Positions 11,252 through 22,417 of a stretch of 64,000 nt of DNA are shown here, piece after piece. The position numbers were made by a program, and so were the translations under genes. The notes beneath the pieces are model-generated. The model was not told the DNA's origin and searched no databases. It saw only the letters and a program-made list of their open reading frames with translations. The stretch lies in assembly GCF_054482595.1 (NCBI RefSeq), contig NZ_CM137008.1, one strand, 5' to 3'. Position 1 is the first letter of the stretch, and every line of letters starts with the position of its first letter.

Positions 11252-11820
11252 CTTTATCAATGACTTATCTCCCGACTTCCCGCCTTGCTTTTCCTAAACA
11301 GAACAATCGTAGAATATTCTTGAAGGGTTAGATCGTCACTGTTTTCTGTTCGATACTGTGACATTCAGCACTTGATTCGCTATGGATCTGACAGGAAGCT
11401 TTCGAGCGAAAATGTGCAGTTATTCAGTCGTTTTCTTATCGCTCACCATTATTCTTTTAGACATTCATCCTATGAAACTGCCGCAAAGTTGGTGGTGGGA
11501 ACTGAAGTTGCGTAGAGAAGGGTTCAATAATTGAGTCAAAAAAGGAACGCGGCCGTCAGATTAAAGCCGCGGGACAAAGTCCATAATTTCCAAGAGTTGT
11601 TGAATTTCCCAGCTTTTTTGAAAGCCTTTGTATCATACTAACAAGTAAAAAAGGTTTAAATACCAAAATTAACCTGTATTTTTGATAAGTCTTACCATTG
11701 TACGATTTACACAGTTTCTGCTCCTCCTTGTTGATAGTGGAAAGGGTGCATTGTGCACTTGCGTAAACATTTATGACGCGTTGATGTCCATGGTTCACAT
11801 TTCCTTGTCAGGGGATCGAC

Positions 11821-12351
11821 TTATTTGCGGCGAGGCATCATTCGTAACAGAGTATTATCTTTCTGAATGTAGTGATGAAAGAGTGCTGCGCCAGCGTGAG
11901 CTGCGATTAAAAAGTAACCTATATTTGCCCAGGTTTCGTGAATATTTTTTATCAGTGCTTTAATTTCGCTGTTTGGGGTAACAAAGGGAGACACATTGAA
12001 ACCAAGGAAACTCCACGATTTTCCACTGTAAGCCATCAAAGCAATCCCCAGCAGAGGAAGTGCAAGGAAGGTTATATAAAGCATGATGTGCATTAGCGAA
12101 GCCGCTTTCATTTGCCAGGCAGGTGGCGGTGGCACAATAGAAGGATCACTATAACGGTGTTTTATAATCAGGCGTGAAAACATTAACACCCAAACGAATA
12201 TACCCGCATTGTAATGTGTTTCTCGCATCAGCAGATAAGTACTACTACCTTTAGGAAACCAGCCACGGAGTTCCATCGCGGCATAGGTTATTGCAACGAA
12301 AAGCAGCGTTATCCAATGTAAATAAATTTGAGTTTTTGAGAATCGGTTCAT
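11821..12351 (-). CDS. yodB: Cytochrome b561 family protein
   Basis: Translation from the internal ATG (MNRFSKTQIYLHW...) gives 176 aa; caggag RBS upstream; multiple TM segments with conserved His. Confidence 0.85.
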   Translation of the reverse strand: MNRFSKTQIYLHWITLLFVAITYAAMELRGWFPKGSSTYLLMRETHYNAGIFVWVLMFSRLIIKHRYSDPSIVPPPPAWQMKAASLMHIMLYITFLALPLLGIALMAYSGKSWSFLGFNVSPFVTPNSEIKALIKNIHETWANIGYFLIAAHAGAALFHHYIQKDNTLLRMMPRRK

Positions 12352-12693
12352 TTTTGTAGCTCCTGTAATTTTTACAGTCAAGCTATCCCACGAACCTTAA
12401 AAATTCCTTATACAGATGTGGTTTTAAGAATTTGTTATTTAAAAAATTGATAGTGCACATTGTAACCAGCCAATATAAGCAATGGCGTGAGCACAGGTAT
12501 CTTTCTCTGTTGGCCGTATTGTGTATGGAATCCGTTATTGGTTAACTCAATGCGGGTTAGCTTATTAATATACAGACACGTCATAGTGATGAGCGTGTCT
12601 GTAGCTAGCTTGCGTTCAGTGGCGTTTGTGGATGGACCAGTGGCAGTTATGATGACTTACTAAAGCGGCATCGAGGCGTTATCATGAGAATAC

Positions 12694-13344
12694 TCAATGA
12701 GACATCATTTCCTCGACCACTTCTTCGCTACTCAACTGATATGGATAATACGTTGGCCAGTTTTCCATTTCATTTAATAAAGATTGCTGTGAATCATTAC
12801 CCATAAAAATGTGAAAATGAGATGATTTTCGTGGTGCAATTATATGATCGCTAAATTGTATATATTTAGGGGCTTTGCTTTCAGGATCTTTACATTCGAA
12901 TAAGTAACGAACGCCTTTCTTGCCTGATTTATAGGTGAGTATTTTGTATCCATCGTAATCATATTTACAGGATGTTGTTTCATTATTTCTATGGAATTCA
13001 ACAATGCCGTCCTCAATGCCAATCATCTCGATATCTGTTGCATAACCTTTGTGATAATAATCTTTAATTTCAGCAAATGTTTTAGTTTTATCTGCATCCG
13101 CTTTCTTCTGAAAGACGGGGTCAAGTTTGCCACTTTGCAGTAAAGGATAAACGGATTGCCAGACTCCATCCCAGTCACTGAGCGTTCGGTTTTGTACATT
13201 GGCATCATCAAAAACACCATTAGCAGCTTTTTGTTCGACCTCTGTTAAGGGTTTGCCGTGTGAGTGATGACCATGCGAAAAGGCAGGAGCGCTAACAATA
13301 AAGACACCTAAAGCAACAGCCAGTTTGTGAAGACGAATCGCCAA
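12694..13344 (-). CDS. zinT: Periplasmic zinc/cadmium-binding protein ZinT
   Basis: His-rich N-terminus after the signal peptide (HGHHSHG); likely TTG start with GGAGG 7 nt upstream gives 216 aa; the ORF-track ATG at 13365 adds 7 residues. Confidence 0.9.
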   Translation of the reverse strand: MAIRLHKLAVALGVFIVSAPAFSHGHHSHGKPLTEVEQKAANGVFDDANVQNRTLSDWDGVWQSVYPLLQSGKLDPVFQKKADADKTKTFAEIKDYYHKGYATDIEMIGIEDGIVEFHRNNETTSCKYDYDGYKILTYKSGKKGVRYLFECKDPESKAPKYIQFSDHIIAPRKSSHFHIFMGNDSQQSLLNEMENWPTYYPYQLSSEEVVEEMMSH

Positions 13345-13376
13345 AACAGTTTCCTCCAGAGTCATTGTATATGATG

Positions 13377-13400
13377 TGTAATGTTATATTGTAACATATG
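13377..13400. promoter_or_regulatory. Candidate Zur box in the zinT promoter
   Basis: Palindrome ATGTTATATTGTAACAT about 35-55 bp upstream of the zinT start; fits the Zur operator pattern as I recall it. Confidence 0.5.
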
Positions 13401-13530
13401 GCAAAATGCAACAACTCTTAGGAGATGAGAGCATAGTTTTCTCAGGTGTACTTATCTATCTTATTGAAATAAAATGAATTATATTGATAATTTGAGGTTG
13501 ATGACAAACGAAACATAATCTGATGTGATC

Positions 13531-13572
13531 TGCGTAGGCCGGATAGGGCGCTCGCGCCGCATCCGGCAGGGA
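13531..13572. repeat. REP-type extragenic palindrome
   Basis: gtaggccggatagggcgctcgcgccgcatccggca in the zinT-msrQ intergenic region. Confidence 0.6.
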
Positions 13573-13600
13573 TAACGCGTACTTTGTCGGCAATATGAAG

Positions 13601-14236
13601 TTATACAGATAATTTGTTGTGAACCTGCTTGCGTAACCGGTTAAAAAGGGAACGCAACTTCTTATACCGTAAGGCTAAAAGCAGTACAGCCAGCCCAGCG
13701 TAGATGAGCGGCTGCGGTGAAATAATCTTCACTGACCACAGATAATGTATTGGGGCCAGGATCGCGACAAGATAGACGAAATTATGCAACTGTTGCCAGT
13801 GCTTGCCGAGTTTTCGCTGCATCGCCTGGGTTGAAGTAAACGCTAAAGCAAGCAAAATAACCCAGCTGATAATTCCTAACGTTAAATAAGGCCGGGTAAT
13901 TAACTCCTTGCCTAATAACGCCAGATTATTCACGCCCAGCTCCAGCAATGCGTAACTGGTTAAATGCAGTGTCGCCCAGGCAAAGCACCATAAGCCTAAC
14001 AGGCGGCGAGTGCGTATCAATAACGGCTGTTTTGCGTAGCGTGCCAGAGGTGTGATTAACAAGGTCGCCAGCAAAAATTTCAGTGCAGTGCGACCGGTAA
14101 AATGCTGAATATCTTTCACCGGATCGGCACCCAGTCCACCGTGATTGATCGCCCAGACCAGCCAGAGAAACGGCAACAATCCGGCAAGATGCAGGCTAAC
14201 TTTCAGCCATGTCACCTGTTTTGCTGTCAGACGCAT
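13601..14236 (-). CDS. msrQ: Methionine sulfoxide reductase haem-binding membrane subunit MsrQ
   Basis: 211-aa multi-TM ORF immediately downstream of msrP in the same operon. Confidence 0.9.
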   Translation of the reverse strand: MRLTAKQVTWLKVSLHLAGLLPFLWLVWAINHGGLGADPVKDIQHFTGRTALKFLLATLLITPLARYAKQPLLIRTRRLLGLWCFAWATLHLTSYALLELGVNNLALLGKELITRPYLTLGIISWVILLALAFTSTQAMQRKLGKHWQQLHNFVYLVAILAPIHYLWSVKIISPQPLIYAGLAVLLLALRYKKLRSLFNRLRKQVHNKLSV

Positions 14237-15247
<1,011 letters not shown>

Positions 15248-15349
15248 TCACACTTTTTTGTCGTTAGCCAGCAAGAGCCGTTTACTGTTAATCTGTCAGG
15301 GAGTGTCCTCCCTAACAGTAGCAGAGATCTGCTTTTACATATTTATGCA

Positions 15350-15763
15350 TTAACTGCCACGATAGGTTGAATACCCATATTGGCTAAGTAATAAAGGCAC
15401 ATGATAATGCTCGTTCACTTTATTAATATGAAATTCAACGGGGATCTCAGGGAAGAAACTTTCAAGATTTTGTTTCTTGAAATAGTCCCCGGTTTTAAAT
15501 ACGACACGGTAATCGCCCGTAGTTGCAGTTTGCTCGGGCCACAGTGCCTTAATTCGTCCATCCTTATCTGTTTTGGCGGTATTAAGTTGTAACCAGCCGT
15601 TGTCCGCTTTCTTTTCAAGAGTGACTGTCACGTCGGCAGCGGGTTTTCCTGTTTGCTGGTTCAAAATGTGCACACTAAGAATGTTTTGTTGTGCAGCATA
15701 GACCAAAGAAGGTAATGAAAATGCAGCCGTTACTACGGAGAGTACTAAATAACGCTTTAACAT
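15350..15763 (-). CDS. hiuH: 5-hydroxyisourate hydrolase (transthyretin-like periplasmic protein)
   Basis: 137-aa ORF with signal peptide and C-terminal YRGS motif. Confidence 0.9.
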   Translation of the reverse strand: MLKRYLVLSVVTAAFSLPSLVYAAQQNILSVHILNQQTGKPAADVTVTLEKKADNGWLQLNTAKTDKDGRIKALWPEQTATTGDYRVVFKTGDYFKKQNLESFFPEIPVEFHINKVNEHYHVPLLLSQYGYSTYRGS

Positions 15764-15895
15764 GTTTATATCCTTGTCATGTGAATGAGTTTTGAGGATA
15801 GCGAAAAAGCGTCCACGGTAACCTTACAGCAGCATTACAATTTTGTAATGAACCAGGTTGTTTCTATAACATATGATTTATGGCATATTATTTTC

Positions 15896-16567
15896 ATGAA
15901 GATTTTACTTATTGAAGATAATCAAAGGACCCAGGAGTGGGTAACGCAGGGGCTTTCCGAAGCGGGTTATGTCATTGATGCCGTTTCTGATGGCAGAGAT
16001 GGGCTCTATCTTGCGCTTAAGGATGATTATGCATTGATCATTCTGGATATTATGCTTCCGGGTATGGATGGCTGGCAGATCTTACAAACGTTAAGAACAG
16101 CAAAGCAAACTCCTGTTATTTGCCTTACTGCAAGAGATTCTGTCGATGACAGAGTCAGAGGGCTGGACAGTGGGGCAAATGATTATCTGGTAAAACCTTT
16201 TTCATTTTCTGAGTTGCTGGCAAGGGTTCGGGCACAATTAAGGCAACATCACGCTTTGAATTCAACATTAGAAATCAGTGGCTTAAGAATGGACTCTGTT
16301 AGTCAAAGTGTGAGCAGGGACAATATCAGTATTACACTGACGCGCAAGGAGTTTCAGTTACTTTGGCTACTGGCCTCCAGAGCTGGCGAGATTATCCCCA
16401 GAACGGTTATTGCGAGTGAAATTTGGGGAATCAACTTTGATAGTGATACCAATACGGTGGACGTCGCCATTCGCAGGCTCCGCGCAAAAGTTGATGATCC
16501 TTTTCCTGAAAAGCTAATCGCCACAATCCGGGGGATGGGCTATTCATTCGTAACGGTAAAAAAATAA
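15896..16567 (+). CDS. hprR: OmpR-family response regulator HprR
   Basis: Internal ATG (MKILLIEDNQ...) gives 223 aa; receiver plus winged-helix domains; the ORF-track start at 15785 is probably an upstream extension. Confidence 0.9.
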   Translation: MKILLIEDNQRTQEWVTQGLSEAGYVIDAVSDGRDGLYLALKDDYALIILDIMLPGMDGWQILQTLRTAKQTPVICLTARDSVDDRVRGLDSGANDYLVKPFSFSELLARVRAQLRQHHALNSTLEISGLRMDSVSQSVSRDNISITLTRKEFQLLWLLASRAGEIIPRTVIASEIWGINFDSDTNTVDVAIRRLRAKVDDPFPEKLIATIRGMGYSFVTVKK

Positions 16568-17925
16568 TGAAAAGATTATCTATAACCGTCCGTTTAACCT
16601 TGCTTTTTATATTGCTGCTGTCTGTTGCTGGCGTTGGAATTGTATGGACTCTCTATAATGGCTTGGCAAGTGAGTTGAAATGGCGCGATGATACAACACT
16701 CATTAACCGGACAGCGCAGATCAAGCAGTTGTTAATTGATGGGGTAAATCCAGATACGTTACCTGTGTACTTTAACCGGATGATGGATGTTAGTCAGGAT
16801 ATCTTGATCATTCATGGTGATAGCATCAACAAAATTGTTAACCGGACGAATGTCAGTGATGACATGTTAAATAACATACCTGCTACTGAGACAATCAGCG
16901 CAGCTGGCATTTACAGAAGCATTATTAATGATACAGAGATAGATGCTTTACGAATTAATATTGATGAAGTTTCGCCATCATTAACGGTTACTGTGGCTAA
17001 ATTGGCTTCAGCCAGACATAACATGCTTGAACAGTATAAAATTAATAGCATTATAATTTGCATTGTCGCCATTGTACTTTGCTCAGTATTAAGTCCGCTG
17101 TTAATCAGAACGGGATTACGAGAGATCAAAAAGTTGAGTGGTGTAACGGAAGCGCTGAATTATAACGATAGCCGGGAGCCTGTTGAGGTTAGCGCATTAC
17201 CGAGAGAACTAAAACCTCTTGGGCAGGCGTTGAATAAAATGCATCATGCTTTAGTCAAAGATTTTGAGCGTCTAAGTCAGTTTGCTGACGATCTCGCTCA
17301 TGAACTTAGAACGCCCATTAATGCATTACTGGGTCAGAATCAGGTTACGCTCAGTCAAACCAGAAGTATCGCTGAATATAAAAAAACAATTGCCGGTAAC
17401 ATTGAAGAGCTGGAAAATATTTCGCGGTTAACAGAGAACATACTGTTTCTTGCCCGGGCAGATAAAAACAATGTTTTGGTGAAACTGGACTCACTTTTTC
17501 TCAATAAGGAAGTCGAAAATTTGTTGGATTATCTTGAATACCTTTCAGACGAGAAAGAGATTTGCTTTAAGGTCGAGTGCAATCAGCAAATCTTTGCGGA
17601 TAAAATTTTACTGCAACGAATGTTATCGAATCTTATTGTTAATGCCATTAGATATTCACCAGAAAAATCGCGCATTCATATAACCAGTTTTCTTGATACC
17701 AACGGCTATCTTAATATTGATATCGCCAGTCCTGGAACGAAAATTAATGAGCCTGAAAAACTCTTCCGTAGATTTTGGCGGGGAGATAATTCGCGTCATT
17801 CCGAAGGTCAGGGACTTGGTCTTTCTTTAGTCAAAGCGATTGCCGAATTGCATGGGGGAAGTGCTACGTATCACTATTTTAATAAGCATAATGTGTTCCG
17901 AATTACGTTACCGCAAAGAAATTAA
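16567..17925 (+). CDS. hprS: Sensor histidine kinase HprS
   Basis: 452-aa ORF with two TM segments and H-box (ELRTPINAL); start overlaps the hprR stop. Confidence 0.9.
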   Translation: MKRLSITVRLTLLFILLLSVAGVGIVWTLYNGLASELKWRDDTTLINRTAQIKQLLIDGVNPDTLPVYFNRMMDVSQDILIIHGDSINKIVNRTNVSDDMLNNIPATETISAAGIYRSIINDTEIDALRINIDEVSPSLTVTVAKLASARHNMLEQYKINSIIICIVAIVLCSVLSPLLIRTGLREIKKLSGVTEALNYNDSREPVEVSALPRELKPLGQALNKMHHALVKDFERLSQFADDLAHELRTPINALLGQNQVTLSQTRSIAEYKKTIAGNIEELENISRLTENILFLARADKNNVLVKLDSLFLNKEVENLLDYLEYLSDEKEICFKVECNQQIFADKILLQRMLSNLIVNAIRYSPEKSRIHITSFLDTNGYLNIDIASPGTKINEPEKLFRRFWRGDNSRHSEGQGLGLSLVKAIAELHGGSATYHYFNKHNVFRITLPQRN

Positions 17926-17959
17926 CATAGGGCTTCAGTACGCCATAAATCAACCATGA

Positions 17960-18000
17960 AAAAACGCAGCCACGTCGTGAGTATTAACGTGGCTGCGATT
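17960..18000. terminator. Hairpin between convergent hprS and hchA
   Basis: gcagccacg...cgtggctgc inverted repeat. Confidence 0.4.
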
Positions 18001-18032
18001 GATTATGCGCTTACATTCATACGTAACAGGGA

Positions 18033-18884
18033 TTAACCCGCATAAGCTGCCAGCATTTCCTGCGCCGCCAGTTTACCCAACGCAATCGCTGCGAAAGGAC
18101 TGTCGCCGGTGAGAACTTTACGGTCCTTATGTACTCGCCCGGTGATGTCGTCATTAATAATGTTCATGCCCATTTTCTTCAGCTCTTCGCCGAAGTACCA
18201 GGTGAGATGACCCGGCATATAGCCTATCTCTGGCGTTTGTTTGTCTGCGGCGTCTGGGAATGCGCAAATGGAATAACCATTCAGTGGGTTATCGCCGTGG
18301 CGAAGCGCCAGAAAAGCCGCCGGGCCGTGGCAAAGGGAGATAACAAAACGGTCATTTTTGATTGCCCACTGTAAAGCGGCAGCTACGTCCTGGCTTTCTG
18401 GTAAACCAATAAGTGCGCCATGACCACCAGGAACAAAGATTGCTGCATATTCGCTATCAGCGTTGAGGCTGGCAACAACATCCGCGAGTTTCTTCGGATT
18501 GCGGAACAACGATTTATGCTGCTCAAAGAATGGCATTACTTTTTCATCTTTGTGCGGCATAGCCCAGTATTCAAACTTGGTCATCAGACCGGAAATGGTC
18601 GCCACTTCGAATTCGAAACCTGCAGCATGGAGATGATACAACGGCAGCAACGTTTCAATCGGATGGTTACCGGTCGAGAACAGTTTTCCGTTATCGGTCG
18701 GCAAATAACGTTCGTCCGCGGCGATCACCAGAATTTTATGTTTACCGCGATAAGGTTTTGGATAGTCCACGCCATCAAGATCAGAGACAGGACTGGTATA
18801 TTGGCTAAGCGAATATTCTGAAGGGAAGAATGCATTATCTTCAGCAATATCGACCTGCGGATTTTTACTTGTTTGAACAGTCAT
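18033..18884 (-). CDS. hchA: Hsp31 glyoxalase III / protein deglycase (DJ-1/PfpI family)
   Basis: 283-aa ORF recognisably Hsp31 (MTVQTSKNPQVDIAEDNAFFPSEYSLSQYTSPVSDLDG...). Confidence 0.9.
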   Translation of the reverse strand: MTVQTSKNPQVDIAEDNAFFPSEYSLSQYTSPVSDLDGVDYPKPYRGKHKILVIAADERYLPTDNGKLFSTGNHPIETLLPLYHLHAAGFEFEVATISGLMTKFEYWAMPHKDEKVMPFFEQHKSLFRNPKKLADVVASLNADSEYAAIFVPGGHGALIGLPESQDVAAALQWAIKNDRFVISLCHGPAAFLALRHGDNPLNGYSICAFPDAADKQTPEIGYMPGHLTWYFGEELKKMGMNIINDDITGRVHKDRKVLTGDSPFAAIALGKLAAQEMLAAYAG

Positions 18885-19394
18885 AGTGTATTCCTTATTG
18901 TTGCTTAGTTAGGGTAGTCACTATATTTGCGACTGAGCTGGTCGCTATTTTTAACCAGGCTGGAAAATTGAGTCAATATATCGAAAGCGGTAGTCGGCGG
19001 GTGTAAGTATGTAATGATGATGCTGCACTGGTGTTGAATATTATTCACGCCAAATTTTCCTTATTGAGTAACGTCGTCGCAAGTGGCCTCAATGATTTTA
19101 GACCATTATCAGAGGTACGGGGTGGCTGGGAGAGATTTAGTGCTGTGGAATATTGTGGTGCTGATGAATATTTATATCGCGGATTGGTAGAGAAAAATCT
19201 TATTTCATGCACTATTTTTGCAAATATTTCTATATGGGAAGCGTGTTTGTTATGGATTAATTCATAAAGAAATGCATTTGGGTGTTGGCTTGAAGAGTCG
19301 CTGGTTGATGTTGTTGTGCCAGGAGGGGCAGGGTAAGGTGCTGTATCGATATGCTTCGGCAATTGCGTGTGCCGCAGATGGAGATGAAATGTCA

Positions 19395-19433
19395 ATAAAA
19401 AAGCCTGAGTTCGATGAGGGACGAACTCAGGCT
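19395..19433 (-). terminator. Rho-independent terminator of the porin gene
   Basis: agcctgagttcg-(loop)-cgaactcaggct hairpin; on the minus strand it is followed by a T-run (A-run 19397..19402 on the plus strand). Confidence 0.6.
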
Positions 19434-19475
19434 AGTGTTCAGTTTTACAGTAACACGCCGCGGCGCGTTGGCTGA

Positions 19476-20663
19476 TTAGAACTGGTAGACTAAGCCCACA
19501 GCCACGATATCATCGGTAGCGATGCCGTTTTCTTTGTAGAAGTCGTCGTCGTTGTCCAGCAGGTTGATTTTGTAATCAACATAAGTGGACATGTTTTTGT
19601 TGAAGTAGTAGGTCATACCAATATCAACATATTTAACCAGATCTTTGTTGGTGTAATGATGATTACCCTGGCTGTCGAAGTTATCACTATTTACACCGCC
19701 TAAATCCTTACCTTTAGATTGCAGGTAAGCGATGGACGGGCGCAGGCCAAAGTCGAACTGATACTGAGCAACAACTTCAAAGTTTTGGGTTTTGTTAGCG
19801 ATGGCATCAGCATCACCGTAACCAGTCATGTTACGGGTTTCAGCATACATAGCTGCTAAGTAAACGTTATTAGCGTCATATTTAGCACCAACGGTCCATG
19901 CTTCTGCTGTTTCACCGCCAGCAGTTGCATCGAAGCGATCTCCATAACGAATGTTATGCAAACCTTTGTGAACCTGATTGTCAGTACGGTCAGAATTAGA
20001 ATATGCAGCACCCAGACTTAAACCGAAGTCGAAGTCATAGGAAGTGGACATACCGAAGCCGTCGCCGTTCTCTTTAGCTAACTTACGGCCATTACCGTTA
20101 CCAGAACCTTCCTGACCGAATAATCCATCATCTTCATTATTACCCTGATATTGCAAAGCAAAGTTCAAGCCATCGACCTGACCAAAGAAGCCATTGTTAC
20201 GGTAGGTTGCAACACCATTAGCACGACCGTTCATGAAGTTGTCAGCGCCAGCATAGGTATCGCCACCAAATTCTGGCAGCATATCGGTCCATGCTTCTAC
20301 GTCATATACGACACCGTAGTTACGACCATAGTCGAAAGTACCATTCTGACCAAAGCCTAAACCTGCAAATGCCAGACGCGTTGCGGTATTACCCTTGTCG
20401 CTTTCAGGACCGTTTGCGCCAATGTTAAATTCCCACTGACCATAACCAGTGAATTGATCAGCGATCTGAGTTTCACCTTTGAAACCGATACGGGCATATG
20501 ACATGTCGCCATCGCTGCCAGAATCATCAGAGAAGTAGTGCAGACCCACTACTTTTCCGTACAAATCCAGTTTATTACCATCTTTATTATAGACTTCAGC
20601 CGCATTTGCTGCGCCAGCAACTAATAATGCCGGGACCAGCATTGCCAGAACTTTTCTTTTCAT
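19476..20663 (-). CDS. yedS: General-diffusion porin (OmpC/OmpF family), intact
   Basis: Signal peptide [37 protein letters not shown] start and terminal F typical of porins; position next to hchA matches yedS; the ORF-track start at 20693 is an upstream extension. Confidence 0.8.
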   Translation of the reverse strand: MKRKVLAMLVPALLVAGAANAAEVYNKDGNKLDLYGKVVGLHYFSDDSGSDGDMSYARIGFKGETQIADQFTGYGQWEFNIGANGPESDKGNTATRLAFAGLGFGQNGTFDYGRNYGVVYDVEAWTDMLPEFGGDTYAGADNFMNGRANGVATYRNNGFFGQVDGLNFALQYQGNNEDDGLFGQEGSGNGNGRKLAKENGDGFGMSTSYDFDFGLSLGAAYSNSDRTDNQVHKGLHNIRYGDRFDATAGGETAEAWTVGAKYDANNVYLAAMYAETRNMTGYGDADAIANKTQNFEVVAQYQFDFGLRPSIAYLQSKGKDLGGVNSDNFDSQGNHHYTNKDLVKYVDIGMTYYFNKNMSTYVDYKINLLDNDDDFYKENGIATDDIVAVGLVYQF

Positions 20664-21292
20664 TATGTATTCCCTTGTGATTATAATCTTCATGAATATA
20701 TCAATAAGTGCCGTTATCCAAAAAAAAGCACATTTGGATACTATTCTATGAAGTTCATTTTATTTTAAAGATTACATGTAACAAATGTATTTAAAAGATT
20801 TCAAAATGTTTCTAATCTATTTAATATAATTTAGAATTATGAATTCTAAATATAAATATTCATGAAAATTATAAATGTATATCAATATGTTATGAGTTGA
20901 GCGGAAGCATAGGGGGTATCAATGATTGTTGCGCCAAACGGCTGGTGTGATCACGCGCACATTAATGAAGGCATAAAAAAAAGCCGGCATCATGCCGGCC
21001 CAAAAAATATAAACAAGACGATAAAAGGCTAATAACGGAGGCATCATGACACAGAAAAATAAAAAGGTATAATTGTATTCAGTGCTAATATATTGATTAA
21101 ATGAATTAATAAAGCCGATCTCAAAGATAAATAAAATCGCTCAAAACGATTTTTCCTGTATTCACTGCCGTTGCGCAAAAATTATCTATTTGTTCAAAAA
21201 ATGAGTGAGTCTTGACTGGCTCATCCAATGTGGAAAAATGTGACTTTTATCACATAATAGTACTAAGTCTGAATTTTCCGGGTTATCTCAAA

Positions 21293-21616
21293 ATGGAATA
21301 CGGTTCGACAAAGATGGAAGAGAGACTCTCTCGCAGCCCTGGTGGCAAACTGGCTTTGTGGGCTTTCTATACATGGTGTGGCTATTTCGTCTGGGCAATG
21401 GCGCGTTACATCTGGGCAATGGCGCGTTACATCTGGGTGATGAGCCGGATCCCCGATGCCCCCGTGTCGGGATTTGAAAGCGATTTAGGCTCTACCGCGG
21501 GAAAGTGGTTAGGGGCACTGGTCGGATTTTTATTTATGGCTCTGGTCGGGGCATTGTTAGGCAGCATTGCCTGGTACACCCGACCTCGTCCCGCACGTAG
21601 CAGACGCTATGAATAA
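21293..21616 (+). CDS. yedR: Small inner-membrane protein YedR; carries a 21-bp in-frame tandem duplication
   Basis: ORF containing MEYGSTKMEERLSRSPGGKLALWAFYTWCGYFVWAMARYIWAMARYIWVMSRIP...; start codon uncertain (ORF track begins at 21212). Confidence 0.7.
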   Translation: MEYGSTKMEERLSRSPGGKLALWAFYTWCGYFVWAMARYIWAMARYIWVMSRIPDAPVSGFESDLGSTAGKWLGALVGFLFMALVGALLGSIAWYTRPRPARSRRYE

Positions 21617-21655
21617 AAACTGCTAAGGTGGCGACTCTTTGGCAACGGAGCGCGT

Positions 21656-22351
21656 ATGGACTTACAACACTGGCAGGCACAGTTCGAAAACTGGTTGAAA
21701 AACCATCATCAGCACCAGGACGCGGCCCATGACGTGTGTCATTTTCGCCGCGTCTGGGCTACGGCACAGAAGCTGGCGGCAGATGACGATGTCGATATGC
21801 TGGTGATTTTAACCGCCTGTTATTTTCACGATATTGTGAGCCTGGCGAAAAATCATCCGCAAAGGCAGCGTTCTTCAATCCTGGCGGCAGAAGAGACGCG
21901 TCGCCTGCTCCGTGAAGAGTTCGAGCAATTTCCGGCGGAGAAAATCGAGGCCGTTTGTCATGCCATTGCCGCTCACAGTTTCAGCGCGCAAATCGCCCCC
22001 TTAACAACGGAAGCTAAAATTGTCCAGGATGCGGATCGGCTGGAAGCCCTGGGGGCGATTGGCCTGGCGCGCGTGTTTGCCGTTTCAGGGGCATTGGGCG
22101 TGGCGCTGTTTGATGGTGAAGATCCGTTCGCACAGCATCGCCCGCTTGATGATAAACGCTACGCGCTGGATCATTTCCAGACTAAGTTGCTGAAGCTACC
22201 GCAAACCATGCAAACCGCAAGAGGCAAGCAGCTGGCGCAGCACAACGCGCATTTTTTAGTCGAGTTTATGGCGAAGCTCAGTGCCGAACTGGCGGGGGAG
22301 AATGAAGGTGTCGATCACAAGGTGATAGATGCGTTTTCACCCGCGGGATAA
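21656..22351 (+). CDS. yedJ: HD-domain phosphohydrolase
   Basis: 231-aa ORF with an HD motif (YFHDIV). Confidence 0.85.
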   Translation: MDLQHWQAQFENWLKNHHQHQDAAHDVCHFRRVWATAQKLAADDDVDMLVILTACYFHDIVSLAKNHPQRQRSSILAAEETRRLLREEFEQFPAEKIEAVCHAIAAHSFSAQIAPLTTEAKIVQDADRLEALGAIGLARVFAVSGALGVALFDGEDPFAQHRPLDDKRYALDHFQTKLLKLPQTMQTARGKQLAQHNAHFLVEFMAKLSAELAGENEGVDHKVIDAFSPAG

Positions 22352-22417
22352 GCGCGTGGCCCTAAATGGCTGTAATTATGTTAACCTGTCGGCCATCTCA
22401 GATGGCCGGTTAAATCT

